This document shows, piece after piece, positions 1-10,174 of a stretch of DNA of 64,000 nt. The position numbers were made by a program, and so were the translations under genes. The stretch comes from a virus. Lineage: Duplodnaviria; Caudoviricetes. The first letter of the stretch is position 1; each line of letters begins with the position of its first letter. The stretch is from positions 6,721 through 70,720 of the IMG/VR virus record IMGVR_UViG_3300037461_001070; one strand, 5' to 3'. Under the pieces are notes generated by a model. That model made no database searches. It was not told the DNA's origin and saw only the letters and a program-made list of their open reading frames with translations.

Positions 1-234
1 AAAGAAATAGATATAATTAAAAAATATACGGGTGTCGATGTCGGAGATAAAGAACCCGAAGAAGAAAAAGCTGGATCAGGAACAGGAAAGGGCCAGGGTG
101 GAAGATCAGCAGGAAGTTATAGAGGACAAACTCCTAGTATAGTAAATATTTTTAATGGAGCCATAAATATACCTCAGCTTGAAGCTTCGAAAATGAATCA
201 GACTGGAAATCCAAATAAAGATGTGAATTGGTGA
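1..234 (+). CDS. 3' end of a gene truncated by the window edge, probably tape measure protein
   Basis: Frame 1 is open from base 1 to TGA 232-234; position just upstream of the baseplate module. Confidence 0.4.
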   Translation, partial: KEIDIIKKYTGVDVGDKEPEEEKAGSGTGKGQGGRSAGSYRGQTPSIVNIFNGAINIPQLEASKMNQTGNPNKDVNW

Positions 235-238
235 GATT

Positions 239-865
239 ATGCCCGGACACGGAATAATAATAAATATGTCTAGCATGGCTCCTTTTACATTTACGTATAA
301 TCCAGTAAGTGTAAACAGCGAGAAAAACATAAATTATGCTATCGCTCCAAATATTGGTGGAGCTTTTAAAAAAAGATATTTCTCTGGATTTGATTCGAAG
401 GAAATCGAATTTCAACTTATTTGCATTGACATGGAAGGTCCAACAGGAGTCTTAGAGGAAATATCATATTTTGAACAGCTACGGGAACCAGATCCGGGGA
501 TAATAGGAGGTTTTATTTCATTTGGAAACGAGAACTATCCACCTCCACAGGTATTGTTCCAATTCGGGCAATCATTCCTTCCTGTTGTCTGGGATGTTCT
601 CAATGTAAAAATAGAACAAACTCATTTTCATGCTGGATCTGTTCGCGGAGTTCTTGGTGTACCTAAGAGATGTGTAATAGATATAAAGCTTGCTCTTGAT
701 GAAGGAAACATCATAAACAAAGCAAATTCGATCGCTAAGAAAGCAGATATGTACGGAGCAAGTGCTGACAGTATATCCAGAGAAGTGCAGCACCAGACCA
801 GAAAAGTAAGGAAAGAAAAGCCAGGTATTTTTCCAAGTGATTTAAGGATAGATAGGATGTATTGA
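239..865 (+). CDS. Tail tube initiator / contractile-injection tube-like baseplate protein
   Basis: N-terminal FTFTYNP motif, later VNVKIEQTHF/PKRCVIDIKL strands; synteny before hub. Confidence 0.55.
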   Translation: MPGHGIIINMSSMAPFTFTYNPVSVNSEKNINYAIAPNIGGAFKKRYFSGFDSKEIEFQLICIDMEGPTGVLEEISYFEQLREPDPGIIGGFISFGNENYPPPQVLFQFGQSFLPVVWDVLNVKIEQTHFHAGSVRGVLGVPKRCVIDIKLALDEGNIINKANSIAKKADMYGASADSISREVQHQTRKVRKEKPGIFPSDLRIDRMY

Positions 866-866
866 T

Positions 867-1139
867 ATGTTCAGATGGAAAAATATAGAAGATAAAACAC
901 TTTTTGATATGACCGTTAAAATGTATAGAGATCCTTTTGTCTCGACAAATACGTTCGTATCTCCATTGAAAGGATTGGAGCTAGATCATTATGCGTATCG
1001 GTACATGCAAAGCGAATTATTTATGTACAGGATACTCGATACTAATTTCGAATCATTTATAGAAGAAAGAGGAGATATGTCAAGAGTAAAGAAGGTCTGT
1101 ATTCCAGCAGATCAAGATCTCTTGGCAACAATATTGTAA
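867..1139 (+). CDS. Small baseplate protein (P2 GpX/LysM-like position)
   Basis: 90 aa between tube initiator and hub; call mostly from synteny. Confidence 0.4.
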   Translation: MFRWKNIEDKTLFDMTVKMYRDPFVSTNTFVSPLKGLELDHYAYRYMQSELFMYRILDTNFESFIEERGDMSRVKKVCIPADQDLLATIL

Positions 1140-2380
1140 TGGCAATAATGTCACTTAATAGCAGGATGGTGTACTGGAAAATTTCTGTTGGCGGAAGAGA
1201 TGCAACAGAAATACTGAATAAATTCGTTGCTTCTATTAAAGTAAAGGACACAATCCTTCCTGCACCAAAAAAATCTAAGAAAGAACATGCTCCGAGTGAA
1301 GCCGAGATTGCTGTTGTCTCCAAAGATTACATAGAAGATATTTTCATACCAGGTAACACGATAAAAATAAAAATTGGATATGATAGAATATATCAACCCG
1401 AAGTTTTTTCCGGCGTAATAACACATGTCCCCGATGGTAATGCCAGGGAAATGCTCAATTATACGGTTAAAGCATTTGGTGGATCAATAGAATTATCATA
1501 CGAAGAAAAGATCAGGGTTTTTCCTATACCATTAAAATCAGCTATCATAGCTCAGATTGCTGCTGAAAATGGATGGACTCCAAACATAATAATAAAAGAT
1601 ACGTCCATGATAAAGGCTCAATTTTCTCCGATTCAAAAAACAAAAACTGATCTTGAGATATTATATGATTTTGCTAAAGCCTGGGGATGTATTTGTTGGT
1701 TTGACCAGAAGACAAGAACTATAAATTTTGTTGATGCAGATCAAGCACACATGATGGGAGGTCTCGGAAACGGGATTGGAATATATATGCTTGGTTATAG
1801 AAATGATGTAGTCCCAAATAATGTTGAGTCTGTGGCGTGGAAACAAACTCCCCCAAGAGCTGTTGGAGCCATTGAAGGTGGTGTCTCTGGATTTGGGGAA
1901 TACGGGAAAATAGTTGGTAATAATCAGGGCAAAATTCTTGCTCTTGGTGAAACCTGGGAATTAAAACCCCAATATCTTGAAGAAGCAAAAAATAACCCCA
2001 AATTATTTGGGTATTATTTTACTGTTGTTACTGCTGCTACTATAAATGGAAACGCATATGAAGGTGCATTAAAAAAATTCTACCGCGTTGTTCCATATAA
2101 TGATAGTGCTCATCAAGACGTAGAAACAGGTCCAAATGCGTCAGGCTATCAAATTGAAGTCACACTGAACGAAGGAGATCCTGATGTAAAACCCCCGGTA
2201 AAAGCAATGTTGTATGCGGGATCATTAAAATATAGAGCTGACAGTTCAAATCTTCCGGCCTGGCTTTTTAAATATAGCACAACAAAAAGATCCCCAGCCA
2301 AATTGAATATAAATGAAACCGAACTTACTTATAATCATGGTATGTTGAAATCAAAATTTATTTGCTCTATGGGTATGTAA
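1139..2380 (+). CDS. Baseplate hub (P2 GpD / T4 gp27-like)
   Basis: IKIKIGY...VFSGVIT and TDLEILYDFAKAWG patterns; synteny. Confidence 0.65.
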   Translation: MAIMSLNSRMVYWKISVGGRDATEILNKFVASIKVKDTILPAPKKSKKEHAPSEAEIAVVSKDYIEDIFIPGNTIKIKIGYDRIYQPEVFSGVITHVPDGNAREMLNYTVKAFGGSIELSYEEKIRVFPIPLKSAIIAQIAAENGWTPNIIIKDTSMIKAQFSPIQKTKTDLEILYDFAKAWGCICWFDQKTRTINFVDADQAHMMGGLGNGIGIYMLGYRNDVVPNNVESVAWKQTPPRAVGAIEGGVSGFGEYGKIVGNNQGKILALGETWELKPQYLEEAKNNPKLFGYYFTVVTAATINGNAYEGALKKFYRVVPYNDSAHQDVETGPNASGYQIEVTLNEGDPDVKPPVKAMLYAGSLKYRADSSNLPAWLFKYSTTKRSPAKLNINETELTYNHGMLKSKFICSMGM

Positions 2381-2916
2381 TGTCTAAATTCATTGCTGTA
2401 GCAAAAATAACAGATCCAATTGCAGTCCAAGCCAGATGTGCAGCAAATGGATGGCAAGCTCATGATGGTTCTATTTTTTGTTATGTACCTGAACTTGGTC
2501 TTGAAGGAGCAAATTTTGTATATTGTAGATATGGTCTGTCGTTTCCATATCTTCGAGTTCAGGTTGAAGACAGGGTTTGGATTGAGCCAACCATTGGGGA
2601 TACCGAGAGATGGGTTTATACTGGATTTGTTGATGCCGCTGATTTAATGCCAGGTACTACTGATTTATTGAAAATACTGCTTGATGCTCTTGGCCTATAT
2701 AAAGTAGAGTTTACGAGTACAGGATTTATTATACAGATCAATGCCACTTTAAAACTTGAATATTCTACTTCGACTGGAATTACGATTCAAGATTCTCCAA
2801 CAAATAAAATCGAGTTATCTTCAACAAGTATAAAATTAACATATGGTTCAAATACAATAGAAATTGGTCCATCTAATATACAAATAAATGGAACAAATTT
2901 GACGGTTGATATATAA
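2380..2916 (+). CDS. Baseplate central spike (GpV-like)
   Basis: OB-like N-terminus (RVQVEDRVWIEPTIGD) plus C-terminal beta-helix-like repeats; ATG 2380 overlaps upstream stop. Confidence 0.65.
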   Translation: MSKFIAVAKITDPIAVQARCAANGWQAHDGSIFCYVPELGLEGANFVYCRYGLSFPYLRVQVEDRVWIEPTIGDTERWVYTGFVDAADLMPGTTDLLKILLDALGLYKVEFTSTGFIIQINATLKLEYSTSTGITIQDSPTNKIELSSTSIKLTYGSNTIEIGPSNIQINGTNLTVDI

Positions 2917-3308
2917 TGGCTCTTGAGTTCATGGCAAATATAAATTGTACATTCACAAAGATCAGTTCAAGTCCTGCTGGAGCTATTGTAAATGTAAATG
3001 GATTTGTTCGCACATTCCAACAGTCTACTAAATGCAAGACAAATTCTATAAATGTAGCGCATACCAGAATAACATGGAGTGTTCCTGTTGGAAATTGTAG
3101 ATGGGGAGCATTTTCTAATCTAGCCGGATCAGGATCTATGAATTGTACTCCTAGTCTTAAAACAAGGGTAGAAGGAAATTATCCGATGCGGGTTAATGAC
3201 CAGGGAAATTGTGCTTGTGTCATGTATTTATATCCAGCATTTTTAGTTGCAATGTCTTGTGTGATAAGATTAACGGGAGCTGGTCAGACTAAAGTACAAT
3301 GTCAATAA
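2916..3308 (+). CDS. PAAR-like spike tip protein
   Basis: Cys-rich 130 aa after spike; TRVEGNYPMRVNDQGNC resembles the PAAR V.V.G.P.AR.GD segment. Confidence 0.55.
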   Translation: MALEFMANINCTFTKISSSPAGAIVNVNGFVRTFQQSTKCKTNSINVAHTRITWSVPVGNCRWGAFSNLAGSGSMNCTPSLKTRVEGNYPMRVNDQGNCACVMYLYPAFLVAMSCVIRLTGAGQTKVQCQ

Positions 3309-3323
3309 AAATGGAGGAAATGA

Positions 3324-3479
3324 ATGTGTCCGTTGCTAGATAAAAAATGTGTTGAGACAGGATGTAAGTGGTGGATAACAGCAAGATCGACTTGTGCTGT
3401 TTATTCAATAAGCTTGTCGATGTCAGAATCATCTGATTTTGTTTCAGAAGAATTTAAAAAAATGAAAGATAAAAAATAA
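3324..3479 (+). CDS. Small Cys-rich protein (51 aa, MCPLLDKKCVETGCKWW)
   Basis: Hand-translated; GGAGG SD at 3313-3317; below the ORF-track cutoff. Confidence 0.6.
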   Translation: MCPLLDKKCVETGCKWWITARSTCAVYSISLSMSESSDFVSEEFKKMKDKK

Positions 3480-3491
3480 AGGGGAAAATAC

Positions 3492-3881
3492 ATGGCAAAA
3501 GAAAACAACATGTATATTGCCAATCTATCATTTTTTCTTAACTATGGAGATGGCACAAAAAATGATGAGATTGAATCAGAAATATTCAAGGTAGGATTTC
3601 AATCAAAAGAAAGTGTCCATTATGATCGAGCAAAAGGAGCTGGATTCCAGGATCTCGAACAAGACCAGGCAAATATCGCGACCGGACTTAAATTTATAGC
3701 CAGTCTCATCGAAAGTGTTTATCGTGTTAATGAAGAAAAAAATTTTAATCCATATATTGTGCTTGGATTTTCTGACATTTCAATAAACAATGACGTTGCC
3801 GGTAAAACCGGAGAATATGTTGCTGAAGTAAAATACAGATTATTAAGAGATATAAGCGTAAGTGGAAATATAAGGCTGTAA
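3492..3881 (+). CDS. Baseplate wedge / sheath initiator (gp25/GpW-like)
   Basis: Size, position before J-like gene, GAGFQDLEQD segment. Confidence 0.5.
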   Translation: MAKENNMYIANLSFFLNYGDGTKNDEIESEIFKVGFQSKESVHYDRAKGAGFQDLEQDQANIATGLKFIASLIESVYRVNEEKNFNPYIVLGFSDISINNDVAGKTGEYVAEVKYRLLRDISVSGNIRL

Positions 3882-3893
3882 CAGAGGATTATC

Positions 3894-5384
3894 ATGGTAA
3901 ATAATATATTCAAACATAATTCAAGATCATATTATGATATATACAATGCTTTAATTACTGCATATCCAAATAAACCGACATGGATGTTCGAGGAAATGTC
4001 AGGTCTTTTTGATTTCCAATCAGAGCTCATGAATAGAATAGCAACCGATATTCTATATCCATCAACAAGAGAAGCTGCCTACGGATTCGCTTCGAGATGC
4101 GATTATGAACCTGTTGAAGCCGATGGATCGATAGATACGATTACCATAACATTAACTGGAGCAATGTCAAAAACAATTGCTGCTGGTTATCAATTTGGAG
4201 GTATAAGTCCAACTACTGGAGAAATGGTAATTTTTGAAACTACTACCTCTGCAAGTTCCGGAGGAACAGATACAATTACGGCATCGGTAAAACAACAGAA
4301 AACTGTATCAGATATTTTGATTGGGATCGTTAATAATGCCGATGATTTTGCAGATTATCCTATTGATGGATACACGAAAATAATAAAGAGTTCGATTACT
4401 CTCACTATTGGAGGTCTGACCTGGACAAGAGTTGATAATTTTGATTTCAGCGAATCCACGGATAGACATTTTAAAATAATATATCAATCATCAGGAAAAT
4501 GCAGGATACAATTTGGAAACGGAACGACAGGATTAAAGCCAACAATAGGAGATGCTATTTATGGAAATTTCTCTACAACTCTTGGATTAGTCGGAGTATT
4601 ATCAGCAGGAGAAATAGAAATAAATGTTGGGAACGACAATGATATACAAAGTCTAACAAATGCTGGATCTACTGGAGGAAATGATGCGGAATCTGTTGCT
4701 TCTATTCTTCGTAATTCCAGAGCAAATGCTAGGCTCAGGACAATTGTATGGTCTAAAGAAGATCTTGAAACAGCGGCCAGAGCTTCATCAAGTTCGGTCC
4801 AGAAAGCTCTGGGGATTCCCGGAATAGGTACAGCTTCAATTCAAGTTATCCCTACTGGCGGTGGTAACCCAAGTGCAGGTCTAAAAACAACGGTTCAAAC
4901 ATATGTACAGTCACTCACACAGTTTGGTCTGGTCCCAATAACAGCCGTAGATCCGTCATACGTTACGGCAAATATAACTGCAACAGCGACAATAAGAGCT
5001 GACTTTGATCCTACCACAGTTCTTAATCTCGTAAGATTTGCTCTGACTCTCATAACATCTAGTTATGACAATCAAGTCGTAGAATATTATGATGACAACG
5101 GTATTGACGCCTGTAGAACTGCTGTTATAAATGTACTCTGGGCCTGGGCTTTTACTGAAGATGAAAATGAAGCTCTTGAGTTTATTATTGAGAGATGGAA
5201 ACTCCTTCTTGGCTCCAGATCATACCGTGAGTGGGGTCAAGATCTTGAAGTCGGAAATATCTGGATCATGGCAGATAGTCTTTATGATTATGGAGTTGAT
5301 GTATTCAGCCTTACTTCTCCGACATCAAATATATCAACTTCTTCTGATGAAATAATAGAAACAGGAGCAATTACTGTATCGTGA
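3894..5384 (+). CDS. Baseplate wedge protein J / gp6-like
   Basis: GGNDAESVASI and RIQFGNG motifs typical of J/gp6 family. Confidence 0.8.
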   Translation: MVNNIFKHNSRSYYDIYNALITAYPNKPTWMFEEMSGLFDFQSELMNRIATDILYPSTREAAYGFASRCDYEPVEADGSIDTITITLTGAMSKTIAAGYQFGGISPTTGEMVIFETTTSASSGGTDTITASVKQQKTVSDILIGIVNNADDFADYPIDGYTKIIKSSITLTIGGLTWTRVDNFDFSESTDRHFKIIYQSSGKCRIQFGNGTTGLKPTIGDAIYGNFSTTLGLVGVLSAGEIEINVGNDNDIQSLTNAGSTGGNDAESVASILRNSRANARLRTIVWSKEDLETAARASSSSVQKALGIPGIGTASIQVIPTGGGNPSAGLKTTVQTYVQSLTQFGLVPITAVDPSYVTANITATATIRADFDPTTVLNLVRFALTLITSSYDNQVVEYYDDNGIDACRTAVINVLWAWAFTEDENEALEFIIERWKLLLGSRSYREWGQDLEVGNIWIMADSLYDYGVDVFSLTSPTSNISTSSDEIIETGAITVS

Positions 5385-5956
5385 ACAATTATTTTAATTT
5401 TCAGATCCCATTATTCATGGAGAAATATGGCGAGGATTGGGATGATTTCCGAACCATCGTTGATGATAATGTAGATTATGTCATGAACAAAACATATCAA
5501 CTTTATTGGTTAAATAATGTTGATTACATGGGAGTCAGAGAAGTAGAGAAAGCTCTGCTTTCAATGAAAATAGGAACTTCATCCTCAGAAACATTGCCAT
5601 ATAAAAAAGAAAAGCTAAGAAAATTTCTGACAATATTTGCGAATAAAGGAACTGCTGATATTTATCTTGATTTTGCCGAATCAGTGGCAGGAGCAAGAGG
5701 CGATATTTATATGGGATATAATCTTGGGGTCTGGAGATGGGGAACATCTAGGTGGGGAATTCCTGGAGCTCCAACAGTGAATGATTTGAGATGGACATTA
5801 CAATATGCCAGATTTTATGTTCTTATCGACGTAAAAACCACGGATAGTTCTGAGCTTGATCAAATAACAAGTATTTTCCGAGAATCATATTTGTTGCCGG
5901 CATTTTATCAGATATATCTTATTGATTCCAGTTTCAATATATTAAGGACTATATAA
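5381..5956 (+). CDS. Baseplate wedge protein I-like
   Basis: Follows J; NKGTADIY motif; GTGA overlap. Confidence 0.6.
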   Translation: MNNYFNFQIPLFMEKYGEDWDDFRTIVDDNVDYVMNKTYQLYWLNNVDYMGVREVEKALLSMKIGTSSSETLPYKKEKLRKFLTIFANKGTADIYLDFAESVAGARGDIYMGYNLGVWRWGTSRWGIPGAPTVNDLRWTLQYARFYVLIDVKTTDSSELDQITSIFRESYLLPAFYQIYLIDSSFNILRTI

Positions 5957-7701
5957 TGAATATTTTCGATCAATTATTCACGAACATTTTCTGGGACGGA
6001 GAAGTTGCTGATGTTAATCCTGATGCTGTTTCTGATTATTACCAGATCACAGATTTTCAAACAGATCAATTACATTTAAGAAGTGATATTGTTGATGCAA
6101 TAAGATCTATTTCTTCAGATCCTTCCAAAGAATTTTTTATATTATTTGGCGGAGAAGTAAGTGATGGAGGATCTGGAACAGTAAATATAGCAGAATGTGT
6201 GGCTCTAGGGAAAGATGATGATGGAGTCAGAGCAATTATACATCTTCCCGCTCTTACCGGAGTCTCTCTTCCTTCGGGCTGGAATGACAATAGACAGATA
6301 TGGACAAAATTAAAATATGATTTCAAGCTTGGTACACTTACCAGAGGGCATTTTAATGGCGAGATATATCATTATCAATTACTTGATACATATCTTGGAG
6401 ACTCAAACGGATACAACTATACGGGATTAACAGATCTTTTTACTGATGCAGATCCAGGTGATACCGTGGTCATACTCGGATCATTTACTATGAACGGTAC
6501 TTCTTTCACGGATTTAAGTGGAGCAGAAAGAAATATATCTTTTTCTCGTCATATTCCAAATAAAACATCTGTAGCAAACGAAAATCTTTTCCCGAACAAA
6601 ACATATTATGTAGATAGCACGTCTCAACTTGAATTGACTTTACCTGTTACTTCTTCTGTTGGAGACGAAATAAATATAATAGATTTGGGAAAGAATGGTT
6701 ACAAGATAAAGCAAAATGCCGGTCAAAATATTTTATTCATGAATATATCTACTGTTCCCGGAACAGTCGGATTTTATAATAATAAATGTTCGTATTCGTC
6801 GGTAAAACTTATTTGTGTTGTTGCCGATACTACCTGGCATCTTGTAAATATCAGAGATGAGCTTTTGATGAAAGGATATTTTGCGGGTGGTGATGATGGA
6901 TCTTATACAACTATGATAGAAGATATGGATATGAAATTTGATTTAAGTAAAGTCATTACAGCTACTCTTGGTATAGCCAAACATAGTTGCGGCGGATTTT
7001 CTGGTAGTAACAAAGGTTATTTTGTTGGAGGGAATGGAAGATCTGATATTGATGATTTGAATTTTTTGAATGAAACATCATCAACTTTAGTATCTACTAC
7101 TAGTATTCAAAAAAGTTATGTTGCCAGTGTAAATGGAAAACTCAAAGGTTATCGAATGGGAGGAGATACAGGATCTCCAGTAAATAATATTGATGATTTT
7201 AATTTTTCAACAGAACTTTCTGTGACAATAACTGCTACTCTTGATGCAGCAAGACACGGTGGAGATGGTGTTTCCGGACAAACAAAAGGATATTGTATGG
7301 GCGGGAGCTCATCATCTACCGCTATTGATGACATGAATTTTTCAAATGATACTTCTGCCGCCATTGCCGCTACTCTTGATACGGGAAGGGTATTTTATGG
7401 TGGTTCTGGAATTTCTGGTCCAACAAAAGGATATTGTATGGGAGGATTTACAACTGGAGCTGTTGCTGTCATTGATGATCTTAACTTTTCAAATGAAACT
7501 TCTGCTGCAATTACCGCTACTCTTCCAACAGCAAGATATGGTGGTGTTGGGGTTTCTAATCCAACAAAAGGATATTATATGGGTGGTTCTACAACAGCTA
7601 TTGCAACTTTTATTTTCTTGAATGAAACTTGTTTTGCTATAACAGCTACTATTGGCTCTGCAAAACTTTATGGATCTGGAGTACAAGGTTATATAGGATA
7701 A
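5956..7701 (+). CDS. Tail fibre / receptor-binding protein 1 with six C-terminal Kelch-like repeats
   Basis: Six about 44-48 aa KGYxMGG...IDDxNFSNETS...TL repeats; N-terminus paralogous to the next gene. Confidence 0.75.
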   Translation: MNIFDQLFTNIFWDGEVADVNPDAVSDYYQITDFQTDQLHLRSDIVDAIRSISSDPSKEFFILFGGEVSDGGSGTVNIAECVALGKDDDGVRAIIHLPALTGVSLPSGWNDNRQIWTKLKYDFKLGTLTRGHFNGEIYHYQLLDTYLGDSNGYNYTGLTDLFTDADPGDTVVILGSFTMNGTSFTDLSGAERNISFSRHIPNKTSVANENLFPNKTYYVDSTSQLELTLPVTSSVGDEINIIDLGKNGYKIKQNAGQNILFMNISTVPGTVGFYNNKCSYSSVKLICVVADTTWHLVNIRDELLMKGYFAGGDDGSYTTMIEDMDMKFDLSKVITATLGIAKHSCGGFSGSNKGYFVGGNGRSDIDDLNFLNETSSTLVSTTSIQKSYVASVNGKLKGYRMGGDTGSPVNNIDDFNFSTELSVTITATLDAARHGGDGVSGQTKGYCMGGSSSSTAIDDMNFSNDTSAAIAATLDTGRVFYGGSGISGPTKGYCMGGFTTGAVAVIDDLNFSNETSAAITATLPTARYGGVGVSNPTKGYYMGGSTTAIATFIFLNETCFAITATIGSAKLYGSGVQGYIG

Positions 7702-7716
7702 AGGAGAAAAACAGAT

Positions 7717-9480
7717 ATGGCTTTATTCGATCAATTATTCACGAACATTTTCTGGGACGGAGAAATAGCAGGATTCAATCCTGATGCTGGAGCAGATTAT
7801 TATTATGATTCTGATGGACAAACCGATCATTTGCATTGGAGAGCTAAACTTGTTGATATGCTGATCTCTTTATCTACTGATCCCTCCAAAGAATTTTTTA
7901 TATTATTTGGCGGAGAAGTAAGTGATGGAGGATCTGGAACAGTAAATATAGCAGAATGTGTGTGTTTAGGAAAGGATTCAAACGGGAAAAAACACATCAT
8001 TCATATTCCTGCTCTTACCGGAGTCTCTCTTCCTTCGGGTTGGAATAATAACAGACAGATATGGGTAAAAGCAGTTTATGATTTTAAATTAGGATCATCA
8101 ACAAGATCTCATTGGACAGGTACAACATATCATTACCAATTACTCGATACATATATGGGAGATTCAAATGGTTATGTAAGTACAAGCACTAACGATCTTT
8201 TCACTGATTCAGATCCAGGTGATACCGTAGTCATACTCGGATCGTTTACTATGAATGTAACTACATTTACTGATTATAGCAGTACCGAAAGAACAAGAGA
8301 TCTAATAATAAGAGAATTAAGAAATTCTGTTATAACAGCAAATACAACTGCTATCGTAAATCGAAGATATTATATGAATAGTTCATCTCAACTTGAACTA
8401 ACATTACCTTCGACATCATTGGTTGGAGATATTATTGAAGTTGTTTCTATAAATTATGGCGGTTACAAGATAAAGCAAAATGCCGGTCAAAATATTTTAT
8501 TCATGAATAGATCAACAATTCCTGGAACAGCAGGATATGTAAAAAATAGGACATTATATGCTAGTATGAGATTAGTATGTACTGTTGCTAATACGACATG
8601 GCAAGTAACAGAAGCAAGAGATGAAACATATATGAAAGGTTATCATCTTGGAGGACAAGCCATTACTACTGTAATTGAAGATCTGGATATGGAATTCGAA
8701 ACAAGTAAAGCTATTGCTGCTACTCTTGACTCAAACAAATATGGTGGAGCCGGTGTTTCAGGCCAAATAAAAGGTTATATTCTTGGTGGTTATGTTGCTG
8801 CTGTTACTGCTGTCATTGAAGATCTTAACTTTTCAGATGAGACTTCAGCGGCTATAACAGCTACTCTTGATACAGCAAAAGACTATGGTGTTGGAGTCCA
8901 AGCTTCTCTTAAAGGTTATATCATGGGAGGATATACTTCTGTTGTTATCGCTGTTATTGAAGACATGAATTATTCAGATGAGACTTCAGCGGCTATAACA
9001 GCTACTCTTGACACAGCAAAACAAAAAGGTTGCGGTATTTCTGGGAAACTCAAAGGATATCACATGGGAGGAACAACAGGATCTAATGTCGATGTCATCG
9101 AAGATCTTAACTTTTCAAATGAAACTTCTGCTGCTATAGCAGCTACTCTTGATTCCGCAAAATATGGTGGAACCGGAGTATATGGCCCAACAAAAGGATA
9201 TTGTATGGGTGGTTATGTAGCTGCTGTTTCTGCTGTTATCGAAGATTTTAATTTCTCGGCAGAGACTTCTGCTGCGATTACTGCTACTCTTAATACAGCA
9301 AAAAGATCGGGAACCGGAGTATCCGGTCCGACAAAAGGATATATGATGGGAGGATACACTTCTGCTGCAATTGCTGTTATTGAAGACATGAATTTTCTTG
9401 TTGAGACCAGCGATGTCATAGCCGCTACTCTTGATACCATACGGTATGAAGGTGCTGGTGTTCATGGATATATAGGATAA
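7717..9480 (+). CDS. Tail fibre / receptor-binding protein 2 with six C-terminal Kelch-like repeats
   Basis: Six about 47 aa KGYxMGG...IEDxNFSDETSAAITATLD repeats; paralogue of 5956-7701. Confidence 0.75.
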   Translation: MALFDQLFTNIFWDGEIAGFNPDAGADYYYDSDGQTDHLHWRAKLVDMLISLSTDPSKEFFILFGGEVSDGGSGTVNIAECVCLGKDSNGKKHIIHIPALTGVSLPSGWNNNRQIWVKAVYDFKLGSSTRSHWTGTTYHYQLLDTYMGDSNGYVSTSTNDLFTDSDPGDTVVILGSFTMNVTTFTDYSSTERTRDLIIRELRNSVITANTTAIVNRRYYMNSSSQLELTLPSTSLVGDIIEVVSINYGGYKIKQNAGQNILFMNRSTIPGTAGYVKNRTLYASMRLVCTVANTTWQVTEARDETYMKGYHLGGQAITTVIEDLDMEFETSKAIAATLDSNKYGGAGVSGQIKGYILGGYVAAVTAVIEDLNFSDETSAAITATLDTAKDYGVGVQASLKGYIMGGYTSVVIAVIEDMNYSDETSAAITATLDTAKQKGCGISGKLKGYHMGGTTGSNVDVIEDLNFSNETSAAIAATLDSAKYGGTGVYGPTKGYCMGGYVAAVSAVIEDFNFSAETSAAITATLNTAKRSGTGVSGPTKGYMMGGYTSAAIAVIEDMNFLVETSDVIAATLDTIRYEGAGVHGYIG

Positions 9481-9502
9481 AAATAAAAAGAGGTAAGCAA
9501 GC

Positions 9503-10093
9503 ATGGATATTAACGAAAAAATGAGACAAGTTCCTTTTGGAATGAGCATGTTCCAGATTCAAAGATTTGTTGCTGATCAAAAATCTCCGGAACGAACATA
9601 TCGTCAGGTTCTTCTTCAATATGATACAAAAAAGAAGGCGATGAAAGAATGTGAGTTCAGAAGGAAAAGAATAAATATTGATATTGAAGAAATAGAGGAA
9701 AAACTTAGAGGAGATGTTGTTGATGAATATCAGAGAAAAAGACTCCTTGTTGATCTCGAAGAAAAAGAATATAATCTCGAACATGAGATAAAACTTATCG
9801 AAGATTGTGTTATAGAAATGAAAGTCTATGAGGATATAATAAGTAATTTACCGGATTATACTAGGGAAGAATTTGAATCAGCAGAACTAGGTTATTGGAA
9901 ACAAAGACTTCTTGATAATGCAAATCGTGAAGTTCTTTCCAAAGGATTTGTTGGGGAGGGAACTATTGAATCCCTGGAAAAAATTGGTCTCACATATAGA
10001 AGAAATGAATCGGGTCAGATAATGTTCGTAGAAACAGAAGAATTTAAAATGTTGGAAAACAAAAATATAATTAAAAAGGATAAAACAAATTAA
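9503..10093 (+). CDS. Coiled-coil protein, possible tail-fibre assembly chaperone
   Basis: Charged coiled coil directly after fibres; function inferred from position. Confidence 0.4.
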   Translation: MDINEKMRQVPFGMSMFQIQRFVADQKSPERTYRQVLLQYDTKKKAMKECEFRRKRINIDIEEIEEKLRGDVVDEYQRKRLLVDLEEKEYNLEHEIKLIEDCVIEMKVYEDIISNLPDYTREEFESAELGYWKQRLLDNANREVLSKGFVGEGTIESLEKIGLTYRRNESGQIMFVETEEFKMLENKNIIKKDKTN

Positions 10094-10174
10094 ATTTTGC
10101 GAGGTTATTGTTATGAGAGCAAGTGCCAATACTCAAAAATTTAATACGCTGTACTTGCGCGGAGGAGTTATGAG

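Noticed and set aside
5956-9480. Diversity-generating retroelement acting on the fibres
   Set aside because: No reverse transcriptase or non-coding template repeat in the window; differences between repeats are not visibly adenine-specific. An RT outside the window cannot be excluded.
9115-9784. Antisense ORFs over the fibre and chaperone genes
   Set aside because: Shadow frames of repetitive coding sequence with no independent support
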